Positions 37,001-50,532 of a stretch of 64,000 nt of DNA are shown here, piece by piece. The DNA is from Octopus vulgaris (taxonomy: Eukaryota). Where the stretch lies: contig OX597825.1 in NCBI GenBank assembly GCA_951406725.2, positions 45,136,001 to 45,200,000 on the forward strand, written 5' to 3'. Both the position numbers and the translations under genes were made by a program. A model generated the notes under the pieces. That model did no database searches and was not told the origin of the DNA. It saw only the letters and a program-made list of their open reading frames with translations. Position 1 is the stretch's first letter. Each line of letters starts with the position of its first letter.

Positions 37001-40000
37001 AAAGGTCAACTTTGGACATTTGAGTCCCCACTTGGTGATAGGGCACAAATTGACTACCTCATCTTTCGAAAGAAGTGGCGCAATAGTGTTAAAAACTCGA
37101 GATCTTACTCTTCCTTTAGTTCTGTTGGCTCTGACCACAGAATTGTATCAGCTACCGTTAAGCTTAGTCTTCGCTCATCCAAAAAAGCTAAGCCTCACCC
37201 AATGAAAACGATCGACTGGGAGGAAGTCTTATCTAACCCTGATATGTCCAAACAATTTACTATTGAGGTCTATAACACATTTCAATCTTTGTCTACTTCT
37301 GAAATAGATGCTGAGAACATTGAAGAAGTATACAGCAGCCTCATCAAATTAACAGAGGAAGTTGCACTGGCTACTCTTCCCAAAAAGAAGAGTAGGGGCC
37401 AGAGCAAACCTTCTAATTCCCCAAATGTCATCAAAGCCAGAAACCATCTAAAGTCTATATCACTAGCTTACCACCATTCTCCATCCCAGTCACTGAAGAT
37501 CCAACTCATAGCTGTCAAGAAGAATCTTGATGAGGCTTACTTGAACGCCGAGGTCGACTTTATCAATGGCAAAATTAGTAAACTATCCAAAGAGCACATT
37601 AGTAAAAAACACCACCTCGCCTGGAAATCCATCAAAGACCTATCAGGCAAAAATTCTGGGTCATCAATTAGAATTAAAGGGGGATCAGCTAAGAAGCGTT
37701 TAGAAAATTGGTCAACCCATTTTAAAAACCTCCTTGGGAAGAATGCCAAAATCCCTGATAACCCCACTCTTCCAAGTGTGCCTATATCAGACACGCTGGA
37801 CATCACCCCCCCCCCCTTTTTACCATATTTGAACTAACAGCAGCCACCAAGCAACTAAAAGCCTCGAAAGCATTTGGTCCCGACAACATCCCAGCTATAA
37901 TTTGGAAGGATGATAGATTTCACACACTTTTGCTCAACCTCTGCAACCACACACTTTCCACCTTTGTCGCTCCAAAGATTTGGCACCAATCTCAAATCAT
38001 CCCAATACCCAAAAAAGCCAACTTATCCCTCGTCACCAACTACATGGATATATCTCTAATGTCAATTGCTGCAAAACTGTACAACAAACTGATCCTAAAT
38101 CGTCTTGTCCTTTTTGTTGAACCTTTGCTCCGAAAGAACCAAAATGGATTCAGAAATGGGCGCTCAACGCTGAGCCAGATACTATGCCTACGCAGACTTA
38201 TTGAAGAATCAAAAGCATTTAATCGCGATCTTGCAATGGTATTTGTAGACTTTTCTAAAGCGTTCGATTCTGTAGATAGGTACAAGATGTTTGAAATCCT
38301 CTATGGGATACCAGACAAAATCATTTCCGCCATCAAGGTCCTCTACACAGATACGTCTTCAACCATCTTAACCCCTGATGGAGAAACATCATCTTTCTCA
38401 ATCAAAGCCGGAATACTGCAGGGAGACGCACTCGCCCCATTGTTTTCATCATTGTTGTTGATTATGTGCTACGTGTGTCAGTTGATACCATCTCTGGCAA
38501 GGGCTTTGAAATAAAACCAAGAAGAAGTTCCAGACACCCAGCTGAGTACTTGACAGACACTGACTTTGCTGACGACATCGCTCTTATCAGTGATTCTCTC
38601 TCCAATGCCCAGTCTCTTTTACAATCTCTCGAACAAGCCTCAAATTGTGTAGGTCTTTACCTCAATGAGGCCAAGACTGAATACATAAACAAGTGCCTGT
38701 CCAACAGTGATTGCATCATCCATACTCTCAACAATGCGCCCTTAAATATGGTTTCTGATTACAAATATCTTGGGTCATACATATCATCTGGAAAAGACTT
38801 TCTAACTAGAAAGGGTATGGCCTGGTCAGCCTGTAATGACATGCATAAGATCTGGTCATCAAATCTAAGTAGAGACTTCAAACTTGAAATATTCAAAGCC
38901 ACAGTCGAACCAATTCTACTATATGGCTCAGAAACCTGGACGTTATCAAAGAAGCTTGATAGGCGGTTGGATGGAACCTACACTCGCCTCCTTATGAGAG
39001 CTCAAAATCTTTCGTGGAAGCGCCATCCAACCAAAATGCAAATATATGGGAAACTACCACCTGTGTCATCTCTTGTGAAAGGTAAGAGAGTCCAGTTTGC
39101 TGGACATTGTTGTAGAGCTGAAAAAGAGGTAATTTCTACTCTTCTCCACTGGAAGCCATCTACTCGCAATACCAGAGGGCGCACCCTCTCCTACCCTGAT
39201 GTAATCTCCAGGGATACAGGCATCCAGCAACAGGACCTCCGTAATGCCATGATGGACCGTAAAGTCTGGCGTAGCATGGTAAATTCCATTGTCTCGACCA
39301 CGGTCGAACAATGATGATGATGATGTGGGAGCAAGGTCTGTAATCAAAGGGGCTTAGTATTAATTTAGCAAAGACCAAAGTCTTGAGTAAGTAGGAAAAC
39401 AGATAAATGACTAATCACTTCAGGAGATGGTCCTGCACAATATTTAGAAATTACATTCAGAGTACCTAGTATAAGTTATTGACACTTAAGAGGTGCAGTG
39501 GTATCACTGGAGAGTTAACAGAAAAAGTAGCCTCTGTGTGTGGCAAATGTGCAGGTACAATAAACACTAAGAATGTACAGAAAATAGATTTCCTCAAATG
39601 TTGATGGAGATTCTTATAAGTAGTGGATAACTTCCACTACCTAGGTGATCAAGTTAGTAGTGGAGGAGAATGCTCTGAACGCATTGTTGCTAGAATAAGA
39701 ATGAGCTGGGCAAAGTTAAGAGAGCTACTACTTTTGTTGGTAACAAAGGACCTCTCTCTCAGTGAAAGGCAGAGTGTATGTGTACAAACAGCTATGCTAC
39801 AGGGCAGTGAAACATTGACTGTGACTACAGAGGATGTGCAAAGTCTTGAAAGAAATGAAGTCAGCATACTTCACAGGATAGGTTATGTCTGCGTGCATGT
39901 ATGACAGAGTGTAAATGAGTTAAGAAAAAAATTGGCTATACAAGGCATCAGATGTAGTGTGCAAGAAGTACGGTTGTAAGATGCATATGGAAAAGGACAA

Positions 40001-40620
40001 CTGCATAAAGAATTGCAATCTCTAATTGTGGAGAGAATCTATGAAAGGGGTAGACCCAAGAAGACATAGGACAAAGTGTTGAGATGATCTTCAGATGTTG
40101 AGTCTCACAGGGCTCTCAAAACTCCCCCACAATCCATCTTCCCAGCATCCCTACCAATACCTGCAGGCCCACTCTTTCTCATGTACCTATTTATACTCTC
40201 TCAATGTCCTCACATATCTACCATGCTCCCCTTCCAGTCACTCCAATTTATCTTGCCTTCATTTGCTACAGTCATATCTTCCTCATCTCTAAATATCTTC
40301 CCTCACTCTTGTAGAACATTCTGCTCTATCCTTTCTGTATTACTTATACCTCCTTCCCACTATGGGTAGCCACCAATACATCTCTGACACCATCTATTTC
40401 TCTCTCTCTCTCACTCAGACAATCTCTCTAACTCTCTCTTTAACTCTTTCCCACCTTCCTCTCCTTTCTTGTCCTATTGGGGTAGCTGTCTCCTCAATAG
40501 TAAGACAACTAATTCTATATCTCTATTATACTCTAAACTTTCACCTGGCACACAACCACTTCCCTTGGTCCCACTCCCTCTCTCACCTGCTACTTGTTGA
40601 TACTACTGGTGCCGGTGTCA
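34030..40620 (+). mobile_element. Decayed PHD-family RTE LINE, split by a younger RTE insertion
   Basis: APE motifs (SAYAPQ, SQIDYIL, QYRLVVSDF) and RT up to FKTGCSW..ELEKKFQVW(36217). It resumes at 39324 with WEQGL..NLAKTK, CGKC, NFHYLGD and MLQGSET. Confidence 0.88.
36218..39323 (+). mobile_element. Near-intact RTE-clade LINE (APE plus RT) with 11-bp TSD
   Basis: TFNA, IIAVQEHR, VYSP, QIDY, SDH, KNQNGFR, FVDFSKAFDS, GILQGD, DFADD, YKYLGS, LLYGSETW, spread over four frameshifted ORFs. TSD tgtgggagcaa at 36207-36217 and 39324-39334. A (TGA)n tail starts at the stop codon. Confidence 0.95.
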
Positions 40621-41076
40621 CATAGAAAGCACCTAATATGAGTATTAATAGGAAACTTTGGTATTGTGTCAATAAACATATCCTAATGTTCACTTCTTCT
40701 TTCATATATGGTGAAGTTGGTTTATTCCTGACAAAAGAATCATTATCTACATTCCTGTTTTAGAAAATTTCCTCTAGGTAATTTCAGTCGAAGTTCTGAA
40801 TCTACTTTAAATTTGGGTATATTTCAGATTGATATAGAAGTAAATTTGAATCACTTTGATAATAGATCAATTTCATTTTTGTTTAAATTCTATATTGATA
40901 AGCACTTGAGTTCCAAGGTCAACATTTTTCATGGGTACCTTTAGTTTTTTTTATTTGTTTGATGTCTGACTGAAATAGTATAGTTTTCATTTTTGTCCCT
41001 TTTTCTTTCTTTACTACTCTTTAAGTCTATACTTGTATATGTGTATTCTTTATGCATGTGCAAACGTGTGTGTGTA

Positions 41077-41112
<36 letters not shown>

Positions 41113-41115
<3 letters not shown>

Positions 41116-41610
41116 TGGCTGGTGAAAATAAATTTAAGACCGATGATAAAAGTTCTATTTCTTACAAAATATTTTGTTAATAACACCAGACAAATTATTT
41201 TTATCGTTTACACCTTATGCATAGATTATTTCTCTTTCGAATGATGCAGACAATAACTATTTTTATACAACTTGAAGAATTCTAATGCTAAATTAATATA
41301 AATGTTTCAAATTTACCTGCAAAATTAGTTTAAGACCATGCAATATGTATGCAAATTTTTTGCCAAAATGGGTGGTCACACAACTAGCCTAAATGCACTA
41401 TATAATATTATAATTTAACGCTATTATACAATTGATTAATAATGGGAAAACAACGAAGCTTAAGTCCTGTCAAGAGAGCAAAAATCGTATTACTCCACCA
41501 GCAAAAGTTTCCTTTTCGGATATCAGCAAGCAACTAAAGTGCAGTAAAACAGCTTGTGTGCAAGCGTGGAAGTTATACTCGGAGACTGGTCAATATAAAG
41601 ATCGGCAAAG
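41113..41610 (+). mobile_element. Tc1-like transposon 5' end (TIR plus N-terminal HTH)
   Basis: TA-CACTG terminus. The motif tttaagacc is repeated at about 41132 and 41329. MGKQRSLSPVKRAKIVLLHQQK/VSFSDISKQLKCSKTACVQAWKLYSETGQYKDRQR. Confidence 0.8.
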
Positions 41611-43900
41611 GCCCTTTGATTCCAAACCTTGCTTCCACACCTGAAATCTCTCCTCTTCATCTGGTAGTGACTCAGCTATTAAAGCAAGATCATCAGCATA
41701 GAGGAGCTCCCAGGAGCAGCCTATCTTGAATTCCTCTGTTATTGCCTAGAAGATTATGATGAATAAGAGGGGGCTGACGACCAAACGTTGGTGGACCCCT
41801 ACTCCTACCTGAAATTCTAGTTTCCGCATTAACCACCAGATAATGGATTGGGGGAACCTGTCAAAGGCTTTCTTCATGCTAATTAAAGCCAAGTAGAGAG
41901 GTTTATCTTTGGCTAGGAATTTCTCTTGCAGCTGTCTTACCAGAAATATAGCATCAGTGGTGCTTCTCCTTGGCACAAAGCCAAACTGCATCTCATCTAA
42001 ACTAACTGATTAGTTCAAGTATGACCCTCTCTATGACTTTCATCACCTGATCCAACAATTTAATACCTCTGTAATTATTCCTATCTAATGCATCACCTTT
42101 TCCTTTGTAGCAGTTGACTATGGTGCTGCTACATCAGTCATTGGATATGACTCCTTCATGTATCACCTGGTTGACTATATGGGTGACTAGACTATAGCTT
42201 ACACCACCAGATATTTTAAGCATCTCTGCAGTGATTCCTGATAATTGCTTTATCTGCCTGGGTACTATCAATTCGGATAGCTGGTCTCTCTGTTGGGTAG
42301 ACAATTGGCAGACTTTCTTTCTCCCATTCATTCTCTTCATTTAGAAACCATTCATAGTAGCATCTCCAAGTCTCTCACTTTGTAGCATCATTAAATGCAA
42401 GTGCATCATCATCCATGCAGACACATTTCTCTCCTATGACATCACGATACTCTCTCACACAATCTTGCACTTTGAAACACTTCAAGTCTTTGGTCCTCAC
42501 GTTGCTGAACATTGGCAAATTTTTTCTTATCTGCTTCTCCTCTGGCTAAATAAACCTGTCTCCTAGCTTCCCTTTTGGCAATCCAATATAGTTCCCTGCT
42601 ATAACCACACTTCCAGTCCTTCCATGCCTGTTTCTTTTTCCTAATGGCCCTGTTATTTACATTGTTCCACCACTACATTACCTTAGGTCGAGAGGGGACT
42701 TTGCACCATCCACAGATCTGATCAGTAGCCCTCAACAGGTTATCCCATAGGAACCTCCAGTTGTCCTCCACATTATGGGATACTACATCCTCCACTTTTT
42801 CGTCAAAAGCTTCAAGTAATATGTCTCTAAATCTCTGTCCATTTGCAGGATCTTTAAGCTTCCAGACCCTTCTTTTCCACACTGGTTGTTTTCTAGGCAG
42901 CCCATTTAGCCCTGATCCTGTAGTCACTAACTACTAACCTATGTTGTGGGGTACATTCTTCACCAGGGAAGGTCTTGGCATCTATAAGTAGCCATCTTTC
43001 CCATTTCCTGGCAAGAATGTAGTCAATTTGACTAGTGTGTCCACCAGATCAGAAGATCATTTGCATCACAGAACTCCAGCAGCCTGGTTCCCTCCTCATT
43101 GTGGGAGCCAAATCTGTAGCCACCATGTACACCATGGAAGCTTCCTGGATGTTGTCCAACATGCCCATTGAAGTCACCAGCCATTTGTTGATGCGGTAGT
43201 CTGCAAGAGGGGGTCATAAAAATGGTCTTTCTGTTCATCATGTAGTCCTGGCTAATGGGCATAAGCCAAAAAACCATGTTGCAGGACTAGTCTAAGCTTA
43301 AGATTCTGACTACCTCAATTACCTTATCAATCCATTTCAAGAAGTATACCCACACCCCATCAGTGTTCCCTGCCCAGAAAATCTAATACCTATGTTCTTT
43401 GCCTGTGAGGAACCTAGCAGAACTTCCTCTCCACCATACTTCTTGGATGCAGCACAGATCTACATGTCTCCGTTCAAGCATCTCAACAATCTCACCAAAC
43501 CTACCTTTCAATGTGCCAACATTAAGTGTGCCAACTCTAAGGGTATGGAAAGTGTGACTCTGTGACATATGCATCTGAAAAAAAACTCGCATTTGGCAGA
43601 ACTCGTAGACATACAATAGCCTTCAACCTGCATACACTACACCATCATTTTTATGTGCTACATAATCACTACATTCCTTAGGAGATAAACACTAGGTAGG
43701 AGTGAAGGCAGTATTCTGTATAGTGGGCCATTGGAAGTGCTCAGGAGAAAGACATCTGGTAGCAGTTAGAGAATAAAGACTTCCAGTATAGGTAGTGGCA
43801 GTGGGAGAAGAGGGCACACTGTAAAATGGCAAAAGCACTCTGGCTGTCAATGTGAAAGATACAAAGCATTACACCTTTGCATTCTTAACTATAGTTATAA
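41611..43900 (-). mobile_element. PHD-family RTE LINE, 5' part (APE plus partial RT)
   Basis: LRVGTLNVGTLKG, CIQEV, AGDFNGHVG, QFGFVPRRSTTDAIF, WELLYADD. Confidence 0.9.
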
Positions 43901-45126
43901 CTGCAACCCATGGTATGTGGTCAGCCAAACTGTGACAAAATTAGATAAATAAATGAATAACAATAATGAGTGTGAAAATGAAGATGAGGGAGAATTGAAT
44001 AGAAGATAGGGTTTAGGGTTTCTTAAGTGTATTATAACATACAGCATAGAACAGATGAAAACTGTGTGGGTACATCGATAAATTAATGAATAATAAGTAA
44101 GTAATTATAGTTTGCACTGTAGATGAGGTTTTTAGATGTGTGCTAGGTTGGAAAGGAAAAGTTGCTTATCTGAACATCTTCTGATTTCCACTTCATGAGA
44201 CTGCCAGTGATGCAATAAAATGTACCAGTACACATTATGAATGAATGGCTTGCATCTGTAATTTCCAACATTGCAACAGGAATAACATCACTCATCATCA
44301 CTCAAGCTTAAGACAGGATACTCATGATCCTAGCCAGTACTAATTCAAGCACCTTGGATGGTCATCATACTTATGAAGGGACTTCCTTCACCTAGATCTC
44401 ACTGGGTCAGTTGAAAGGTAAATCCAGTATATCAAAGAAAGATGATTGGATACATGAGTTGCCAAAAAATCAGCAATTCTAAACTAAAATGGCTTAGTTG
44501 GGCTCCACTTCATTACTGGCTTGATAAATAGCTGTTGATATTTTGCTAATTTCATCTACTTTGTAATTAGATGTTGTCTTTTGTCCTTATGTTCTCCACA
44601 CCAGGGAGCAACCTTACAATAGCTTTGCCAGTTTAGTCACTGACAATCCCACCAATGAAACATGAACTGCTAGTTTACATGATTACCAATAGCAAATAAT
44701 TTTTGATCTGACATGACACAAAATTCACACTATAAGACAAGAAAGTTGGCTTGCTTTTGTTGTTGCTCAGTATGCCATATGGTATATACCACAAGTTACA
44801 TGCATGCATATATGTATGCATGTATGCATACATGAATGCATACATGAATGACTGCAATCCAATGACCAAAACAAGAACAAAAGAATAATACCAAATACAA
44901 TAATACATGAGATAAGCTTGACAATCCCTTATGATAAAGCTCATGCTAATTGAGCTTATTCATTCAATTCTTCAACAATTACAAAAACCCCCATACATAA
45001 CAAAATAAGCTGAACAAAAAACTGAAATGAACATTTTGAAACTACTACACAGTATTAAATGTTGCTTGCACTACCATAATTCAAACCACCACTATCACAA
45101 CAATTATTATCATCCAACATCTATTA

Positions 45127-47714
45127 CACTGGCCAACAAAATTTTTGCTGCATTGATAATAACAACTGGTATTACCTAATTTCAGTATGCTGAATTCAAA
45201 TATGAAGTTAGTTTTTCTCTGTAAGCTCTAGATTTTTTTCCAAATTTTTTTTCTAAGATATGAGGTAATCTATCTGATAATTTTCTAAGGCGGAAAAGAA
45301 CAAATATCTATGCATTGAGATTCTAACTTTATTCATATATATGAGTTAGTACACCACAATAAGAATTGGGCTATAAAAAATATTTCTTATTCTGATGTTG
45401 TATAAAATAAATGTTATCATGTGCCAGTTTTTTGCACCATCTGTTTTTCAGTTGTATATATTATATACAAATGATAGGCGTGGCTGTGTGCTAAGAAGCT
45501 TGCTTCCCAACCACATGGTTCTTGGTTTAGTCCCACTGCATGGCATCTTGGGCAAGTGTCTTCTACTGTAGCTTTGGGCTAACCAAAGCCTTGTGAGTGG
45601 ATTTGGTAGATGGTAACTGAAAGAAGTCTGTGTATGATTTTGTGTCTGTGTCTGTCCCCCCATCACCACTTGACAGCTAGTGTTGGTGTGTTTACATCCC
45701 CATAACTTAGCAGTTCAGTAAAAGAGACCAATAGAATAAGTATTAGGCTTAAGAAAAAATAAGTCATGGGATCAATTTGTTCAAAGGCAGTGCTCTAGCT
45801 TGGCTGCAGTCAAATGACTGAAACAAGTAAAAGAATAAAAGAATAGTTGAGAAACTGATTAAGATGGAAGATAAAACACAAATAGATCTTATTCAGACAA
45901 GAATTTGCACTTGGAGCTCTTGCATTTGTAGACTTTCTTAGGGAAATCTTGGTTAATGCTCCAGCAGTAGTCTGCCATTGTGTTTTTATCCCATCACCTT
46001 TGATAATGCACTTCCATGGTCCTGAGGTCCTAGCGAAAGTGCTCTCCTTGTTCATCACATACATATCCAAGGTTTTCGGGGAATTGATCAAGGTGGCTAT
46101 GCAGGAAATGGAGTTTAACACTCACGTGTCATGGAAAGCTGACAACATATTATTGACAAAAATTTCATAATCATCTGCTCTTCAGTTTCCAAGAGAATTT
46201 TTATGACTGTTACAAATGGCAGCCATGCAGCTCTTTCCTTGTCATTCATCCTTCTAACAAATTCCTCATCACTTACAAGGACATGAATCTGAGGTCTGTC
46301 AAACACACCTGCTTTGATCTTCTTAAATAATTAACCAAGAAATGCAGATACTATATGTTAAAAACATTCACCATCAGTATTCAATGCCTTAGTGATTTGC
46401 TTCAAGCCCAGCTTCATATGAAGTGGTGAGAAAATATTTGGCATGCCTGCTTCCAGAGTATCACGAATGAACCACTTCTGAATCCAGTGTTTCTCTTGAT
46501 ATCAGCTGTCCCACATACAGAGATAGCAAGGATACTCTGTCAAACCTTTCTATTGACCAAGGAGGAAATTGGGCCATTTTCAAATCTACACAAATGGTTC
46601 AATTGTGCTCATGACAATAACTATTTTTATGTCATTGTATTCTTCTTGCAAATGTACTGAGTGACCAACTGGGACAGCTCCATAAACATTGCCATTGTGT
46701 AGAACACACTTCAGGCTGCACTTAGAACTATCTAGAAATAGTTGCCTAATTCCTGAAGAAGACTGGGAATATCATGGCAATAAACAAAATGTTTCTCTTC
46801 TGAAAAAAAATGACACAAAAATCTGGTCTTGTTTTCAAAAAGAAGAATCTTTTGAGTTTGGTCAAGTAGATGTTTTTCTTGCAGGCTGGACTCTAAGACT
46901 TCAGCTGCAGTCTTGGAGAGTCCCAAATCATGCACTAAATCATTGAGTTCTGTTTAGTTAAATTGTTGAGGAGTTGATTTTTCAGTACCATAAGAGGGGT
47001 CTTGTAATTTTTAAGTAATTTGTTGATCTTCTTTATCATCCCTGTACTCTTGTTTACTAGCTTTGTCTTCAGAAGAGGTAAATCCAAGGAAAACTGGAAT
47101 CAGGTCTAATTATTGAAAGGATGAAAGGATATTGGGATAAGATATTTTACACCTATTTTTCTTGCTGATGCTTTTGTGTTGCCCATACAAAAATGACAGT
47201 CACTTGTGCAGTCTCTGGGCTCTCACCAAACCATAGGACCTCCAAATAGCAAAGCCTTTTATTTTCCTTTTGTCTAGTGATGAAGCATTTCCTCACAGTT
47301 ATGACACACAAAATGATGGACACATTTTTTGTCATGGTTGCCAAGGAAAATTCCAGAATAAGCTTTATAAGCCCGTCTCATAAACAATGTGATATTGTGC
47401 CTTTGGCCAAAAAGTGTGAAGGAGCCACAGGCATAGCAAAAGCCATCAGGATTATTTACACACCTATGTCTATTTGAAGAAGCCATGATCAGACCTGAAA
47501 AAATACAATTTTCAATTTCTCGTAAGTAGGATATATGCATTTCAATATGTCAAATTTAACTATAAATGTATGAAAAGCTATTCTTCAAAATGCAAGAAAA
47601 CTAGAGCATGGAACGCAAAACTGATTATAGATTTGAAATTAGCACAAAAAAGACAGAATCAGTAAAAACAAAATCTCGTGTGATAGAAAATTAAAACAAA
47701 ATTGTTGTTCAGTA
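45127..47714 (-). mobile_element. Chapaev3-type (CMC superfamily) DNA transposon, full length, decayed transposase
   Basis: TIRs cactggccaacaaaattttt and caaaattgttgttcagta. TTA TSD at 45124-45126 and 47715-47717. Transposase motifs CVNNPDGFCYACG, DLGLSK..AE, LFLDSSK, YPCYLC, PLHMKLG, HFLHSH, DEQGEHF. Confidence 0.8.
45476..45843 (+). mobile_element. tRNA-derived SINE, full length, nested in Chapaev3
   Basis: aggcgtggctgtgtgctaag...ggtttagtccc...caaatgactgaaacaagtaaaagaataaaagaa. Confidence 0.9.
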
Positions 47715-47781
47715 TTATCCCTTATCCAGTATTATAGGTCATGTGCTGAATATCAACAAACACTTCTAAAAACACCTGCTC

Positions 47782-50210
47782 CATCATCATCATCATTATT
47801 TAACATCCATGCTGGCATGAGTTGAACGGTTTGGCTGGGCTGGCATGCTGGAAGGCTACACCAGAATCCAGTCTGACTTGACATGGTTTTCTATGGCTGG
47901 GTGCCTTTCTTAATGCCAACCACTCTGAGAGTGTAATGGGTGCTTTTACATGCCACTGGCATTGGTGTCATTTGCATGATACTGGTATCTGCCATGACTG
48001 CGATTTTGCTTGACTTGATGGGCCTTATTCTCAAGCACGACATAATGCCAAAGGTCTTGGTCATTGCCTCCATGAGGCCTAATGCTTGAAAGGAACTCAG
48101 CCACCCTGCTTCCGTGAGGCCCAACACTCGAAAAGAACTCAGCCACTTTGCCTTCATGTGGCCCAGGAGCTCAGCCACTTTGTCTCCATGTGACCCAGGA
48201 TCTCAGCCACTTTGCCTGTATGAGGCCCAACACTCGAAAGAAACTCAGCCACCACACCTCTGTGAGGCCCAACACTCAAAGAAACTCAGCCACTTCGCCT
48301 CCATGAAGCCCAATGCTAGAAAAGAACTGTCACTCTGCCTCTGTTAGGCCCAACACTCGAAAGGTACTCAGCCATTTTGCCTCTGTGAGTCCCAACATTC
48401 AAAGGTTGATTTTTATTTTTTCATCTGCTACCAGCAAGGATGCACTTGACTTGACAGGTCCTCTTAAGCAGAGCACATCACCAAAGGTCCCGGTCATTGC
48501 CTCTGTGAGGTTCAAAGTTCAAAGGTCATGCTTCACCACCTCATCCCATGTCTTCCAGAGTCTACATCTACTACAGGTTCCCTCCACAGTTAGAGATTGA
48601 CACTTATTTTAAACAACTCATCCATACGCATCACATAACCATACCAGTGCAGTCATCTCTCTTGCACACCACATCTAATATCTCATATGCCTAACTTTTC
48701 TCTCAAGATGCTTACACTCTGTCGAATTGCACATCCAGTGAAGCATACTGGCTTCAATACTCTCAAGCCTATGCATGTCCTCAGCTGTCACAGCCCATAT
48801 TTCACTGCCATGTAGCATAGCTGTTTGCACACAGGCATCAAACAATCTGCTTCCCATTCTGAGAGAGAGGCCCTTTGTTGCCAGCAGGGGTAGAAGCTCT
48901 CTGAACTTTGCCCAGCCTAATCTTATTCTCACAGCTATGCTCTCGAAACAACCACCTCCACTACTAACCTGGTCGGCTAGATACTGGAAGTTATCTACTA
49001 CCTCTAAGTTGCCACCCTGGCAGTTGATGGAATATATTTTCTGCACATGTTCAGCATTTATTATGCCTGTGCACCTTCCACATGCAAAAGTTAGTTTCTC
49101 TGTTAACCTTCCTTTAATGTTGCTGCACCTTTTATGTGCCCAAAGTTTACACTGGGTGCATTTTATGGAGTTTCTACCTATACCTTTTCTACAGATTGAG
49201 CAGGGCCAGCTACTTGAGGGGACTTGTGATTTGTCTGCCTTCCTACTTACTAAGATTTTAGTTTTTGCTAGGTTAACTCTAAGGTCCTTTGACTGTAGAC
49301 CTTGTTTCCATATTTGGAACTTCTTCTCTAGCTCAGGCAGTGATTCAGCTATAAGAGGAAGGTCATCAGCATAGAGGTGCTCCCAGGGGCAGCATGTCTT
49401 GAATTCCTCCATTATTGCCTGGAAGACTGACAAACAAGAGGAGGCTGAGCACCAATTCTTGGTGAACCCCTACTTGTACCCTAAATTCTTTGCTGTACTC
49501 GTTGCCAACCCTCACCTTACTGGTATCGTCCCTGTATAAGGATTGTACAGCCCTCACCAACCACTCATATATCCCTAGTTTCCGCATTAACCACCAGATA
49601 ATGGATCAGGGCACTCAGTCAAAAGCTTTCTCTGAGTCAACAAAAGCAGAGTACAGAGGTTTATCTTTTCTTAGGTATTTCACCTGATGTTGCCTTACCA
49701 GAAATATATAGCATCATAGGTGCTTCTACTTGGCACAAAGCCAAACTGCATCTCATCTAGACTAACTCTCTCCCTGATTAGTTGGGCTATGACTCCTTCA
49801 TGAACCACCTGATTTATAATACGGGTCTCTAGACCATAACCCACACCACTAGGTATTTTAAGCATCTCAGAAGTGACTCCTGATGGGCCAGGGGCTTTCC
49901 TTGTCTTCATATCCTTAATTGCTTTATCTACTAGAGTACTGTCAATTCAGATAGCTGGTCTCTCGGTTGGGTCAACATTTGGCAGACTTTCCTCCTCTTC
50001 TTCATTCTCCATGTTCAGCAGTCTTTCAGTCTTTCATAATGGCTTCTCCAAGCCTCTTTCTTTGCAGACTCATTAAAAGCAAGTGCACCATCATCCATGC
50101 AGACACATTTCTTTTCCTATGACAACACAATTTTCTCTCACCCACTGTCTTGCAATCCAAAATACTTCAGTTTGTTGGTCCTCCCAGCGCTGAACATAGG
50201 CAAACTGTTC
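47782..50210 (-). mobile_element. PHD-family RTE LINE, 3' part with (ATG)n tail
   Basis: ORF 48675-49433: LYADD..KTK..[C4HC3 finger]..NFQYLAD..MLHGSEIW. A (cat)n run at 47782. Confidence 0.92.
48065..48405. repeat. Minisatellite of 30-43-bp units (about 9 copies) in the RTE 3' region
   Basis: Unit gcctccgtgaggcccaacactcgaaaggaactcagccacttt, with shorter variants. Confidence 0.85.
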
Positions 50211-50444
50211 CGTTATTGAAATATACATACACTAATGTGTCTGTGTGTGTGTGTGTGTGTGTTTACAACATGTAAGAGTGCGTGTATGCAAATTTCAAGT
50301 TGAGAACTATGTAACTTTTAGTTTCTTGCAGGAAACAGTATTCAAATAAAATCATATCATTAATATTTAAACAGTTATTGAAAATAAAACACCAGGCTTG
50401 ATAACAAGCAGTAAATAAAAAAGCAAATATACAGTTCTGCTTAC

Positions 50445-50522
50445 TTGTTTCCATCAGCAAATACAAAAGGGATACAAAAATCTGTTAGGAACTGTTCAAT
50501 AAAATGTAACAAAGTAGCAAAT
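50445..50522 (-). CDS. IQCH: Host gene exon, IQCH-like: (K)FATLLHFIEQFLTDFCIPFVFADGN(K)
   Basis: Acceptor ttgttttgcag and donor gtaagc. 78 nt, phase 2 to 2. Confidence 0.8.
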
Positions 50523-50532
50523 CTGCAAAACA

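Noticed and set aside
48065-48405. CRISPR-like appearance of the 30-43-bp repeats (also 32152-32235)
   Set aside because: The units are directly adjacent and degenerate, with no unique spacers and no cas genes, in a eukaryotic context.
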